A DNA stretch of 64,000 nt from Thalia democratica (lineage: Eukaryota), in the NCBI GenBank assembly GCA_965202585.1, contig OZ241830.1:71982001-72046000 (forward strand), in the 5' to 3' direction. Under the pieces are notes generated by a model, which ran no database searches, had not been told where the DNA came from, and saw only the letters and a list, made by a program, of their open reading frames with translations. Made by a program: the position numbers and the translations under genes. This document shows positions 12,401 through 26,334 of the stretch, piece after piece. The stretch's first letter is position 1. Every line of letters begins with the position of its first letter.

Positions 12401-15400
12401 ATAGCTAAGAAGCTTTAAAATTAAAAAAAAAGTTAAATATCACATCAAAATTTTTGTTTTACCTAACTATTTTAACATAAACTTGAATTTTAGGAAGTGT
12501 ATCAATATACTTAAAGTATGGTGAGGTTGATATCATAAGCAATGACGTATGTGGTTCTTGGTTGAGTTCTGATGTAACTCTCACCAATTCTAAATTTTGT
12601 TCCGGGTAAGAATACATTTTATTACTGGTAACAGCTAACACTAAATATATGGTATTTTCTAAAGTATAAAGAAGCCGAGTTTTGGATATCATAACTTAAA
12701 TATATCTACTTTGTTTAAATCAAAAACAAAACCTCTCAAGTCGGTTTTAAAATAAATTGAAAGAGATTAAAAGTATTGTGTTTTAGATTTAATTAAAACA
12801 GTTTATTTCTTTATAAAAATCAAAACAATATTGCATTATGTAAAAAAAAGTTATAAAAACACAAGAATATTAATAAATAACACTAAACTGCTGAAAACTA
12901 TTAAAGTATATAACATTTTAAAACTACAAATAAGTTTATTATTTATACTCAAATAATACTTTTATAAATAGTTTTATTTATTTACTGTTTAAAACACAAA
13001 ATGACTTAGAAATGTAAATTTTAGGTTTTCTCTATAAAAAAACAAATTAAAATTTCCTAACTGTGTAGAAATAATTGTTTCTATTAATTTTGCCGGAAAC
13101 AGTCAATAAGTAGTTTTGTTATTTACAACCACAACATAAATACAAGCTAGGAAAAGTGGTTTTACCGCAACTTAAGTATTAAAAACAAATTAACTTGAAA
13201 ATAAAGTTTTTGTTTTTGTGTAAAAAAAATAAGAAGACGATTTTACGCAAGTAAAACTCAAGTATTTTTTTACTACCTAACAACAACAGTTATGAATTTT
13301 TTTAATAAATTGATACATAATAACTACAAAGTATTCATCGTATATCACTTTTGAAATAATTTAGCATGAAATTATGTTTTGGTTCAGAGGTTGAATAACA
13401 TTAAGGAGCTTGTATTAACAAACGTATAATTATTTTTTGTTTCTAAAAACAATAATAAACATGTAATTATATCGGCGACTCTAGTTTAACTGCAAACTGC
13501 ACATTGTGTTTATATTGCAACTTAGTACTTTCATAAAATTTTTATTTAATACTTCTTTGTTTATTTTAAAACGAGTTAAAGTGAAGTATCAATTTTTCAA
13601 ACATTATATAAGAAACATTAGGTAAGTAAAAAACCTCAATTTTGTTCTTATAGCTTAAAACTTTTCCAATCTTATAAAAGGAGACACTTACGTATGGTTC
13701 GGCAGCATTGGTTAAATATTTATAACCAGTTTTTAATTTAAATAACTTACTTACTTTATTTTAAACTAAAAATGTTAGTCTCTTTGGAATTTTAGACAAA
13801 ATTATATTAATATCGTCACAGTTAACTGTTTCGTTCTAAAGTTACAGTCGTAATAAAAATTATTTACGATTAAAAAAAAACCTTTAGTGAAAGACAGGCT
13901 GAAACTTTCATTTAAATTTATTTTTTCTAAAGACTCTTAATTCCTTTTTAAAACTTCTTTTTAAAACATTCGTAAGCTTTTAACTTTTTTTATCCATTTG
14001 ATTAAATTTTGCTGTCCAAAATATTTGTTGTACTGTTCATACCTTTTATTTCATCCAAGTGAACACCAAACTTACGACAGATCGAACGTGAGCACCACAT
14101 CAGCGTGTGAAGGTGACAATGGTGGTCCTCTGGTGTGCTACAATGAGGACATGAACACATCTTACTTGTACGGAGTTGTCAGCTACCTGGATACTTCGAA
14201 ATCTTGCGGTAGTGCGGAAAATCCGACTGTTTACACGAAAGTTGCTGATTACTACGGCTGGATTGAAAACACTACAAGTTAATATTTTCTAATTTCATTT
14301 TAGTAGCTTAACTGGATTTGTTATTGTTTCAAAGTATTTTGAACTTTTGTCGTTTAAGTAGTAAAACTTTAACACTTTTGTTGAGATTTTTAAATTATAA
14401 GTATCTATGAGTTTACTAAAATTATTTAAAAAAATCTTTAATAAAATTTAAAATTTGTTGTAAGCAATAAGTTATACAATTAAGCAAGATTTGTAAATAT
14501 TTTACTTTTTTTATATTCTGAAGTATTTTTGGTAAAAAATAAACGGTGATATACTCGATTTTTATTAAAAATAAACTTAACAAACAATGTTTAGGCCTAG
14601 TATACGAGGCTTGTGATGACCTGTATGATTGTACATGCGATGAAACATCCAGTTCTTTCATTAAATGTGAAGTTTCTGTTACTACTACTACTACTGAAGT
14701 CTCTGTGACAGATGATAGCCTAACATCAACTACTAACAGCCCAGTTCTAACGTCGACTTTGAATTATAACACCACTAGTACTTTAACTACGTCTTCGTCA
14801 AATACTTCTGAAAGTACATCCTCCAACGAAACAGACACAACAACTGTGAGTACAACATCTAAATCAGACTTGTTTAAAACAACAAGCTCGCTAAACTACA
14901 CGACAAAATTGATAGACGCTTCAAGTGTAACAGTTTCTACAAACACCACTTTACCATTAGAAAACAGCTTTGGTTCTACAAGTTAGTGCTGTTGAGATTT
15001 AAAACTTTTTAAAACAGTGAAAACTAATTTTTGGATTTTAACTGGTGCTAACTCTATTTACTTGTTTTGAAGCACTATAAAAATATTAGTTTATACCCGT
15101 ACTTTTGCTACTATCAATTTAAAATTTATTCAAATTAAAACAAAACATAGTTAGTTTTATATGTTTTTAAAGTTGTTAAAAGTTTTGCTATTTTTAGAGT
15201 TTATTCTGCTAAACATTCACAAACTAGTGGTAAGTAAATAACATATTTAATTTATTTTATTTTGGTTTTAATAGCGTTATAACTTAACTAACGCTAATAT
15301 AAACAACACTAATTCCAAAAAGATTACCATAGAAAATCATAAGTTTATAACGTAAAAAAGCTGTTAATAGATTGTTTAACAAACCTGTTAAACACGAGCA

Positions 15401-15608
15401 AAAATAATCTGTAGATTGAAAAAAAACATTTTAAAAGAAAGTTTAACTATAACTTTAGCTTAAATAGAAATAAAGGCAAACGTGTTCAACAGGATCATTC
15501 ATAAGCATTTGGTACATAATTGGACCCTCCATAGGAGTGGTTGTACTAGTGTCAATTGGAGTGTTTTGCATGTTCAGAACTTATTCACCGTCGACATCAA
15601 AAGCTTGA
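9439..15608 (+). CDS. Membrane-anchored trypsin-family serine protease homologue (pseudoprotease), about 435 aa; exons 9439-9523, 10083-10236, 10956-11053, 11959-12117, 12494-12605, 14081-14277, 14595-14981, 15493-15608
   Basis: Signal peptide, K|IFGG activation site, TAAHC, NDIALL, CYVTGWG, ACEGDNGGPLVC (Ser to Asn), PTVYTKVADYYGWI. Then a Cys-containing linker, a Ser/Thr-rich stalk and a TM helix (IWYIIGPSIGVVVLVSIGVFCMF). All splice phases are consistent. The last two exons are less certain than the protease exons. Confidence 0.8.
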
Positions 15609-18600
15609 ATTAATATTTGGATTGTTAACAATTAAGATGGAAAATACGTATATTTATTAAAAAGATATTTTAAATTTAAAATTAAAAAATAGGTGTTGAT
15701 TTTCTTCCTTAAAGTTTCTAATTAAAAAACGAATAACTTTAGGGAAAACTCGATGTTTACTTACTAAACGAATAGTCAGTTCATTTAAGCATTTTCTATG
15801 TGACTTTTATTTATATTAATATATTAATCTTATCATAGATCTGTACTTGCGGTTTAAAATTTGTAAAATTTTGATTCATTCAAACAAATAAAAGTAAAAA
15901 AAACATATGAAGATACTTTAAAAGCATAATTATTTTAATCAACACAAATTTTTCAAAGAAAAAATAACTTACATTTACCTTTTATTCAACATAGTTTAAA
16001 TGATGTTTCAACAGTTTGGCAAATAAACTAGTTGAATGAACTAATTAGCAAAATTTGCAAGTAATAACACGCAAACAAAACTGTTTTCATAATTACAATA
16101 TAACCTTTTGTGTTTGTTTATTTAAATACACGCGAGTCACTACTTTTCTTATTGTTATTTGTTTGTTTTAAGTTAAACTCCTTCTCATTACTTACATAAG
16201 ACTTTACAAATTAAGCTGTCAAATATTAAAGTTAACGTTTATAGTACTGTTTTTAAAATTATTATTAAAAAGTCTGACAAAAATATTAAAAGTTAGAAGT
16301 ATAAGGACTTAGTGACTTTGTAAAGCTAGTCAATAATACTGCTAATTGTAATTTGCTTCAAATAGTTGTTAAAACAAAGAAAAGTTGAAAAAGTTTTGTT
16401 AAACTCAACATGGAATATGTCTTAGTTTTAAATATAAATAGTTTAGAACTTTCGTGAACTCAAGTTTTATAACTATATTGTTTTGAGATTTAGCAGTACG
16501 CTAATTTATATGAAACAAAATGTTTTACATTTTTATATGGTTTTTACAATAAGAAAAGACATATTTTGAATTAAAGTTGTGTTTAATGTTTAGGTTCAAT
16601 AAGTACTTATTTATTATTAAAAACACATTTAAAACTTTACTTTTAAGCTGTGGTTTTTTAACTAAACTTTAAATTTAATTTAAATACTTTTTGTTATTTA
16701 TTTTTAAATTTAAATAAATTCATTTACTGTTAATAAAACTTAAAATGAGTTTACTATGTTTTATCTATACAACACATGCTAGTTATTTGTATTAGATTAA
16801 AGTTAATATTTTGAGATAATTAATACCATATAAAATTAATGGTAGTAAAATTTTTAGCGTTGATCTTATATTAGTTCTATTAATTCATAGTTTAAACTTA
16901 TATTAACTGTTAATTATAAAGAACTTTATTATACGCACTAAAAAATTAAAGTAGTACGGTGTTATGGTGTAAAAAATTGTTTGTTACCGATTATGTAGCT
17001 GTTTACCACAACTATTACCGATTATTCAAATGCGATTTTCAGCTCTTAAATATTATTGGTCTATACGTAATTTCGAAAAACCTCAAGTTTAGCCTCAAGA
17101 CAATATTTCACTACACAATTTTTGAATTCAAATTAAAAAATAAAGTTTACCAATGTTTAAATTTAGTTTAAGCAAAAAAATGTAGAATTTACGTTGTTCT
17201 GGTCTTTTTCAAACTATTATTACATTTTAGTGGCGTTCTCAGAAGTGGTTTAATTCTAATTGCTGCGACTAATTGCTTTTTTACATGTAAAAACTATCGA
17301 CTAGATTAATTTATCATTAGTTTTCTTTATTTAAATATAATGCAAGTACTAAACTAAATAATTTTTTATACTCAGAAAAAAAAAGAAGGAAACCTATACA
17401 AATAAGTTGTAGCTTGCCAGAAGAAAACGTCTTGATTTTTTTTTCTGAATTTAACCATATTTGGAACTGAATTTTTGAGTTAATTTTAAGTCTTTGGCAC
17501 AAAGGATATAATAATGATCTGGATTTTCCAGGAACTTTCCATTCAACGCATTATACCTAATATCATTTACGTAGTACAAAAGAGAATTTTGATTTTAAGC
17601 GAGAAATTAACAAAAGTATTTCTTTGTCTAACAATTTTGCAACAATCTTGGGCGTAGAAATTCCAAAAATATTTGCAACAGCGTAGGAAAAAGAGCGCTG
17701 TTGCGTTGAAGTCACTGAACCGTAACCGAGGTCGTCGCACCCAGTTGCTATGGTGATAATTTTTTTAACGTTGTTATGAAAGTTGTTCTTTAATAACTAA
17801 ATAACTTAATTTATAACTAAAAATTCAATAACTTAAAATGTGCAACAGTTGATGACTGATGTTTTTTTTTTTTGTTATGTTTTACGGTATTGTTATCACG
17901 AACTTTACATTTCTCTTAAATCAAAAATAGTTTCTTTTTAAACTGCCTATTATTTTATTTATTAAATAAACAGTGTACCAAATACTACAATAACACATTT
18001 TTGATACATCCACATAAAGAAGCACAATATAGACTTTTTGTAACAATAATTACTACAGAAGCCTTTTTTACAGTAAACTAACACTTAAATATTAGATAAC
18101 ATCAAGTTTTATACCTTTTCCGAGGGTTTTATATCAACTTACATAATCACTACTAAGCACTGAATTAAATCCAAGTACCTGACATTTATCTGCTCAGATA
18201 AAGCATTATAAGTTCATAAAGCGTGTAAGTATTTTTGTCAATTACCTTCAGGCTGAATACATTTATCTTGAAATTCTTAATGTAATTGATGTGCATTATT
18301 CAGACATAGTATAGTGTTTTATGCATTTGATCAATTTTAAGCGTAGCTGTTATTATAACTTTTTTTGTAGTATAGTTTAAGATGCAGTTTTTTATTTAAA
18401 ACGAAAATAGTTGTTTTAAATTTTGAAAGTTAAAATTGTTATGTGTCATCAGTCAAAATTCTTTTAGTAAATTCATTAGAAAATTAAAACATTTTTTAGT
18501 CTAAATTATTTTCTTGAGTTTAAAATTATTGTTTAAAAGTTCATTTAAGTTTTGTTCTCAATTTTAGACTTGGTAAACAGACGTTTGATTTTTTGATTTT

Positions 18601-19483
18601 TTCATTCGTTATAATCTTGTTACTACTTCAAAGAACACAACCGAAATACTAGGTTGAAAAACCACACACATTTACGTAAGTAAACTGCAACCATTTGTAA
18701 AACTACCTGAAATAACTCGGCCTCTAATTTTCTTAATCAAAATTGCTTAAGTGTGAAGTCATGCAAACTATTGCGACATTTGGTATTGAGAACAGTATTT
18801 GGTTTTGTGATATGTTTGAAAACAATTTCGTAGACCACACCTTCAAGTTTAGCTGCCGTTTTTGTTGTTTGATTTGTTTAAGTAAACGTTGGCGTAAGAG
18901 CTACTTAGTTTAGTAAACAAAAATCACAATTTCACGTAAAGGTTTGTTTAAGTTTAAACTTGTGGTAAACGTTAAAAAAAAAAACATTATTTACATGTTT
19001 ATAATTGTATTATATTTTGAATGTATAAACATTTACTCATTGCAAATTAAGTATTTGTTTAAGGTCATTTTTGAAATAACTTAAAGTTTTTTTAAATCAT
19101 AAAAAAAGTACTTTTTTTTTTCAACTAAACATAACCTTACTTAAGAAAATATTAGTTTATACTAAATTTAGCATACAAAAGTTTTACCATGTATTTGTTT
19201 TGATAAAAAAAATATACTATTTATGTATTTACTTTAGTTTGTTCGAAAGAAAGTTTATCATAAAAACATAATTTGTTTGTAAACAAACAGTTTTTTAAAC
19301 TTAAGCTTTTGTTTACCTTTGGCTTTGTCTACGAAAAAAAAAACCTGTTTATAAACAAAAAAAATCTTATAGTTCAATCTCAAAAACTGAGATAAATTAT
19401 AATTTTAAGTGTTATAAAAACTCGAAGGAAGTTTTTCCATTGTTTAAAACATTTCTTTATATTTTAAAATTTCAGTAAAGCAT

Positions 19484-20372
19484 ATCACAAAACACTTTAA
19501 TATTATATTTAAACTTTATAAACCAGTAAATTAAAAAGGTATTACCCTTTATTATGTATTTTCTTAGTAGAACTTTAATTTTAAATGTAAACGTAATTTG
19601 TATAACTTTAACTAGTAAAACCCAATAACTATTTTAAATTAGTTAATTTCGAAACAGTTTGATAAATAAATTTTATATAAAGGTGTTTGTCTTGTGGTAA
19701 CATGTATAGCTTAGTTGTAAAAATCCTATTATAATAAAACTTTAGAAGAAAGCAACTTACAAAATTGTTGGCAAATGAAGTTTGAAGTCACTTAAAATAA
19801 CAAAAAACCTTAATTTAAAAAGTTTATTTAAGTTTAACTAGCGTAAAATAAATTAAAAAGAAATAGATTATTTTGTTAACTAGTTTTAACTGCTATAAAG
19901 TAACTTATAGAGAAGTTTTCCCAATATTTTAAACATTTCTATATATTTAAATTCGCCAAAGCATGCCACAAAACAGTTTAATATTATATTTAAGTCTAAA
20001 AACCACAAAATGAGAAGGTTATAGCTTTCTATACTTTTCAAAATACAGTTTCTTATAATAATGCATAAACACAGCAGAAGTTTTTACTTTGTATTTACTT
20101 GTATAAAGTAAATCAAAATAGTTATTTTAACACTACAATATATCATAGTTAATTTCAAAACAACTTGACAGTTAAAGTATAATTAATAGTAATTGGCTTG
20201 TGGTTGGAATTGTGTATTGACGTAAAAAGTTTTGGGTGTAAGAAACTTAACATAGTAAAACTTTTGAAAAAAAAAAGCTTGTAAAATTGTTGGCACATGA
20301 AGTTTGAGATCGTTTAAAATAAATAAAAAGGTTTAAACTTAAAAAATACATTTTAGTTAAAGTAGCGTAAGA
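19484..20372. repeat. Old degenerate tandem duplication of about 500 bp
   Basis: Paired blocks about 480-520 bp apart: CACAAAACASTTTAATATTATATTTAA (about 19486 and 19967), TAGTTAATTTCRAAACA (about 19640 and 20147), AAAATTGTTGGCAMATGAAGTTTGA (about 19761 and 20283). Confidence 0.55.
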
Positions 20373-23341
20373 TATTGCACTAGTAATAACATTTTAAACA
20401 TTTAAAACAATGACAAACATAATCGTATATATAACAGCAAATTATTTGTTAAAAATTTTTAATTAAAGCTAATTGTTGAATTGCTAAAAAAAACTATACT
20501 TATTAGTAAACTTTTACAGCGATATTATATAACAAAATCAAAAAATGTAAACATTTTTTTACCAACATAGTGACAGTAAATTGCAGCTAATTCACAAGGC
20601 ACGCAGTTCAATAGTGAAGATTACAGATAACAATTACGAAGAGGTACTTGACAAGTTGTTCCGACAACTTTGTGTTTTGTAGTGAACTCTCCATTCTAGG
20701 TTGTAGTTTGTCGAGAAAAGTTCATTCACAAAAATATGTTTGTTTACATTCTAGAATAAATTACTTTTTGAATGTTAGACTTGTTGTTTGTTAGGAAAGT
20801 TTTATATTTTATTAAATAGAAATTATGATTGATAGTTTTGTATGATTAGACAAGCGATTGCTAAGATAAAGTAGTAGTTGAATTATTAATTTTTGTTACT
20901 TTGAATTCAACTTTAAAAAGTAAGTACTTATATATTTAGTAATTAAAAAAATAACCAAGTTAAAATTGCAATTTGTATACAGTTTAAAATTCTTTAGCCT
21001 TAAGTTGTCAAAGTTAATGAACAAAAACCGTAAAGCTTAATTTTTCGCACCCTATTATTACTAGGTAAATGTTTTAAATATTCAAGTAAAACTTACCGCT
21101 CTTACGAGTTTTAAGCCTGTAATTTTACGGCTTTAAAGGATTGTAAATTTTTGAAATATTAAAATACAAAAGGGTTAAGTTTGGAAAACTTTTACCAAAA
21201 AGAATTGCAGCAATGTTGTGTAAAAGTAACAAATTGTGTTACTTTATATAGAAATTAGGGCAGAAAAAGAAAATACAACGCACTTTAACCTAATTACACC
21301 GACTAATGATATATATTTTTTTAAAACTTTCATAAGTAATACTGTTAAAGATATTACTGTTGTTTAAGTTCCGAAGTTTTTTTTAAACTTAAATTTAGCA
21401 AAAAAAAGCTAATGAGACAAAACATATATAAAATCATAAAGAAAAAACAGTTAAGAACTTTATACGAACAATTAAATAATCAACTGACTGATTATTTTAT
21501 TTTTGTTAATAAAAGCACTATCATTTATACAAACAGAAAATAAAAACAACATACAAGCTTACTAAGCACATTACACTTTGATTACAACCAAGTGAATCTA
21601 AATAATAAAGATGTTTGTTTTTATTTAAATAATTTTAATACTTTTTTACGAAACCAAAAGATCAGCTAATCCAAGGAACACTTTTAAGTAAAACATAAAG
21701 AAAAATTCTATAACAGTTTAATTTGTTAGAATCTAAAATGTTTTAAATGTTTTTTTTTATACTTGTTTATAGCTAGATAACAACATCTATGTGAACTCCG
21801 TTTATTTGTGCGCAAAAGTTTAATCGGTTTCTAATCGTTTACTGAAGCGACTGAAGTTGTTAGTTTATAATATGTCGTAAATAAATACTTTGTGTATCAC
21901 TGTACTTTACTTTAAGATTAAATTAACTTATAACGATAATTTTCTGTTTAATGCTTAAGAAGTTCAACCAATTCGTAAAATTTTCAGTTTTTTCCACTAA
22001 AGTGGCTAACGTATAGAAATGAATAAGCTCAGTTTGACTTGTATAGATCGTTTCCATATATAAGTTTATCCGAGCGTAGTGCGTTTGTCAAAGTAAATGC
22101 TAAAAATGTTTGTGGTGTTGTTTTCTTTGGGTAAAATACACTAAACTTTGTCATATATTTCTAATGTGCTTCTGTCTTTTATTTTATATAAAGCTAGCAA
22201 ATATTTATTTTTGAATTTTTACTTTTTTATAAATAAAAAGTCATTGACAAATTCTTAGAAATATTTTATCAAATATTTAACGTTTAGTTAATTTATTTTT
22301 TATTATTTTCAAACACTTTTCATAACCGTGAGTTAAGCATCTAATAAAGCTTAATGTAGCTAATACGTTTCAGAAGTTAAAAAGTTATTATTATATTAGT
22401 ACTAATTTTAAGTTTAAGATATATTAACAGTTTATTTAAACAATTTTAAGTTGTTTTACGATGTATTGGTTATGTTAAATTACTTTTTTCATATAAAATG
22501 AAATAAAATTTAAATTTAGTAAGACTTTTAACAAATATTTATTAGATTGTTTTAAAATGAGATTTTTGTTTTTAACTTAAGCAAAAACTTTCCTTAAAAA
22601 GTTATTTTGAATGAGTTACGCTATGAATTTTTTAAAGTTTTAAAACTTCCCATTTATTAAAGTCCAATATAGTTCCTTAAATAGCTAAACTTTATTTAAC
22701 TCTTAAATCTTTAAAATAAAAGATGTCTATCACAAATATTTATATAAATAAAGGTTTCATAAACACTTTATCTTTGTTTACTAGAAAATAAAGTCTTTAC
22801 AACTTTAAGGTAAGTAGACCTGTCAGATTTACATGTAATAAATTGTTGTTTTCATAAATTTTAAAGCCCTTGTAATAAATAAAAGTTAATACTGAGGTTT
22901 TTAATATATCGTTTAGCTGGTTTAACCTTTAATTTATTGTTAATGTAAAAACTTGGTAGTAAAAGTTTGAAAATCGTTATAAAAAACAGCTGTTAGTATT
23001 AACATAAACTTGTTATCAGTGAAGTTTTATACTTTTCAATTGTTATAGATACGCGTAAAGGCTACTAATAGAATTTACCTATACGCGATCAAAGTTTTGA
23101 ACGAGTAAAACCGCATTAACTTAATAGAAATGATAAAAACCTTTAAAATATAATTTTTTACGATCGTTATGGAAAGTTAATAATCCAAAGCGTCACCAAT
23201 ATTAAAATACTTTTTAGCAGTAAGTTTTTTGCAACACAGTTTTGATAGCGCAAGGTTATAAATTCCAACCTACGCGGAAACAAGTATCAATTTACGCGAT
23301 AATCACCCACATTACTTCAAATTGCATGTAATAAGAATCAA

Positions 23342-23490
23342 TATAAAACGGCGCGCGTGCACTCAAGCGTGTCGAAGTTCATTCGCGCACATCCGAGGAT
23401 AAAAAGAAGTTCATATTGAAATGCGAACATCGTGCCAAGAGGGTGCGGCGACTTCATTTTCGCCTCGCACCGTAGCTGGACTTGTTTAAG
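23342..23490 (+). promoter_or_regulatory. Putative TATA promoter and non-coding first exon of the large receptor gene
   Basis: TATAAAA followed by an isolated CpG-rich stretch of about 140 bp in AT-rich DNA, ending at AAG|GTTTTT. An acceptor lies at 26314, 20 nt before the ATG. Linking the two is inference. Confidence 0.3.
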
Positions 23491-26334
23491 GTTTTTTTAG
23501 TTTTACATGCAAACTTTTTTTAGACTTTTTATAACATTTTATAAACTTTATTGATGAAAGGGCTTTTTTATAGGACTGCTTTTATTTGACATGCAAGCGT
23601 TTTTTTTTTTGTTTTTAATTTTTGTTTAATTAAATGGTCCTTTTGAATTTGTTTACAGGTAGTCTGCCCTTTGTTTTTAGTCTTTCTTTCTAGAAAAACT
23701 TTTTGGCTTGTCTGCTTCTTTTCGTTGAGTTTAAGGTGGTAATCTAAAACAAAGTTTTATATCAAAGTGTTTCTGTAAGTTTATTACTAAAAATCAAAAG
23801 TTTTGTTTATCTTAATATTTATGTAAGTTCTAAAGTTACCAAATCAAACAAGTTCATAATCTAATTGAGTACTTTAATACAAATATAGTATGTAGGTTTA
23901 TCTTAAGTTTTGCACTCTTTTTGTTCACGATGTTTTTTATATATTAGTTTTTAACTCAATGTTTTTTTAAATATAAGCTACTACTATAAAAAAAAGTAGA
24001 TTTTTGTTCAAACTGATTATGATGGTAGTAAAGCATTGTTAGAATAAGGTTAAAACTTTGTTGGTAGACAACTTTTTTGTCATGGTAGTTTTAGTTTACT
24101 TGTTTTTGTTTATTTATTTAGTGTTGTATGTATTAATTAAAACAAACTAAGCATCAGTTAGAAAAAACGAAGATTGTTTTGTACTAAAAAATATTGTTAT
24201 GATTTAAAAAAAAAACATATTTAAGTATAATAAAATCAAATATTGTACTTAAAGATTTTAAGGATAACCCAAACATTATTTTTATTATACTAAAAATTTC
24301 TGAATTATTGTAAGGAAACTGAATAGTTTTATGAAAACAAAAGTTTTCCAGTTGGAAAAAACATTAGATAATATTTTTGGATAATCCATCCAAAAAACTT
24401 TAAAACTTATTGCAGAAATCGGCAAACTAGGATCTGCGACTTTTCTTTCGCTATGTCAAACTATTAAAAAACAAACAAAGTTTTATCAAACTTATATTTA
24501 TAAATATGATGTAAATTTTACTTTTGAAAAATCAATATTGATTAATACTTATTCATTATTTCTTATATTTTTTAATACTTAGCTTGCTTGGTAGCTTCCG
24601 CAACTTAAAAAGAAAAATTCTCAAGGAGCTTATACTCAAACACAATGATGTTTCCAAAACTAGTGATTTATAGTTTTGTTAGTAATCTTTATTTTTTCTG
24701 TTTCATTAAGATTTGACTATAACACAAACTACCGCAAACAATTTTGTTTATGAAACTTAGTTCGTCAAATAAAAGGCTGCTAATACATAACTTATGTTAA
24801 ATGTTATTTATTAAATATTTATAAGTATTTAGGTATTTAAAGTAGTTGTTTTAAAAAAATCGAATAAAAAACCACAACATTTACAAACTTGTATACAAAA
24901 ACAGTCTAGTATAAGATATAACCTAATTCTATACACTATAAAATTCTAAATTCTTATCGATTACTTATATACGAATGCATCTTGACAATATCATACTTAG
25001 GAGAGAATATATAATTACAATCAGTTAGCCGAACACTGTAGAGCTAAGTGTTAATTGACTGATTAATTTTAAAGACAGGCTAGCATGATGGTATGGCTTT
25101 TGTCAATTGACAAGTAATACAATTTAACTTGATTTTGAAGTTTTTGTCTTTATATTCACAGATTTTAAAAATAGTAAAACTTGTTTGTCAGTTTTAGTTA
25201 CTACACCAGTTTTAATGTAAGGATGTGCTATCACACTTAGATTAGGCACACCTATTTAGTTTAGATGTACAGCAAATTAATTTGTTCTTACTATTATTAT
25301 AAGTTAGTTTGTTTTCAAAGACTTAAAAATACTAAAAAAGATTTAAATAAAGTGTTTTACTGAAAATTTTGTGTTTTTTCAGCATATAAAATTTAGCTGT
25401 AGTTTTATATTTCTTAACGACTTTTGTTAAAAGTTTGTGTTTATATGTAATTTTAGTTAGTTTGAAAGTTATATTTACTTATTACATAAAAAATACTATA
25501 TATTCTCAATTTTAAGTTATATTTAATTTCTTTTTGTCATCCGTTAAGGCTAATTTTCGCAATTATTGAAAATGTAATTGAGCATAATTAAAATACTTCG
25601 ATTAAAAAAACTAACACCTAAGATTTTAAGCAAAATTACCTTATATAATTTAGTTTTAATCATGTACTAAACTATTTAAAAAACTGTTAGTATGCTTAAA
25701 ATAACTTTACATTACGGTCGTCTAAGTTTTAGATAATTTTGTTTAAGACTAATACTTAGAAATAACAATTTATTTTGCTTCGTGCTAATAACTTTATCTT
25801 ATACTAAAGAGCTGTTATAAATATAAATAAAGTTAAAACATAAGTTTATCTCAAAAATTAGTTGAAACTTATTTTGTTTATTCGTTTTAAAAATATTAAA
25901 AACTAGTCGAAATAAACTCAAGATTACAATAATTACTTTTAAGTTATTTTATTGATGTGTTTATGATAAGTAAAGTCATTGTTTAAGTGTTGCCCATTTG
26001 TAATTAAACTGTTTTCAAAAAGAAGTCTTAGTAAAAAGCAGAAGTAGGTTTCAGCCAACAATAAAACGAACAGTTCAAACAGCTTTGAGAACTTAATTTT
26101 TTAAGACAATAAACCACAAGTATGGCTAGTGAAATGCTTGCAATTTATTCTATAACCGTAAATACCAATACCAAAGTTTACACTTTGATGAGATAAACCA
26201 CTCACTTGATAATGATAATCAATCTTAATATTTCAAATTATTCATACTTATCAACCATGTGCTCAATTAATGTAATTACTTGCATCGCTAACAGCTTGTA
26301 ACGTGTTTGAACAGGTTTTGTATAAATAAATAAT

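Noticed and set aside
13681-13710. Exon-like 30-mer inside protease intron 5
   Set aside because: Inclusion creates a TGA at the junction with 14081.
18217-18260. Apparent 26-27 nt GT..AG mini-introns (here and at 1231-1256)
   Set aside because: Far shorter than every supported intron in the window (minimum about 150 nt), with no coding context.
18705-18885. Minus-strand frame AAKLEGVVYEIVFKH..KQF*LRKLEAELFQ with an in-frame TGA (selenocysteine or recoding idea)
   Set aside because: No selenoprotein motif, no SECIS identified and no linked exons. TGA is used as a normal stop at 15606-15608.
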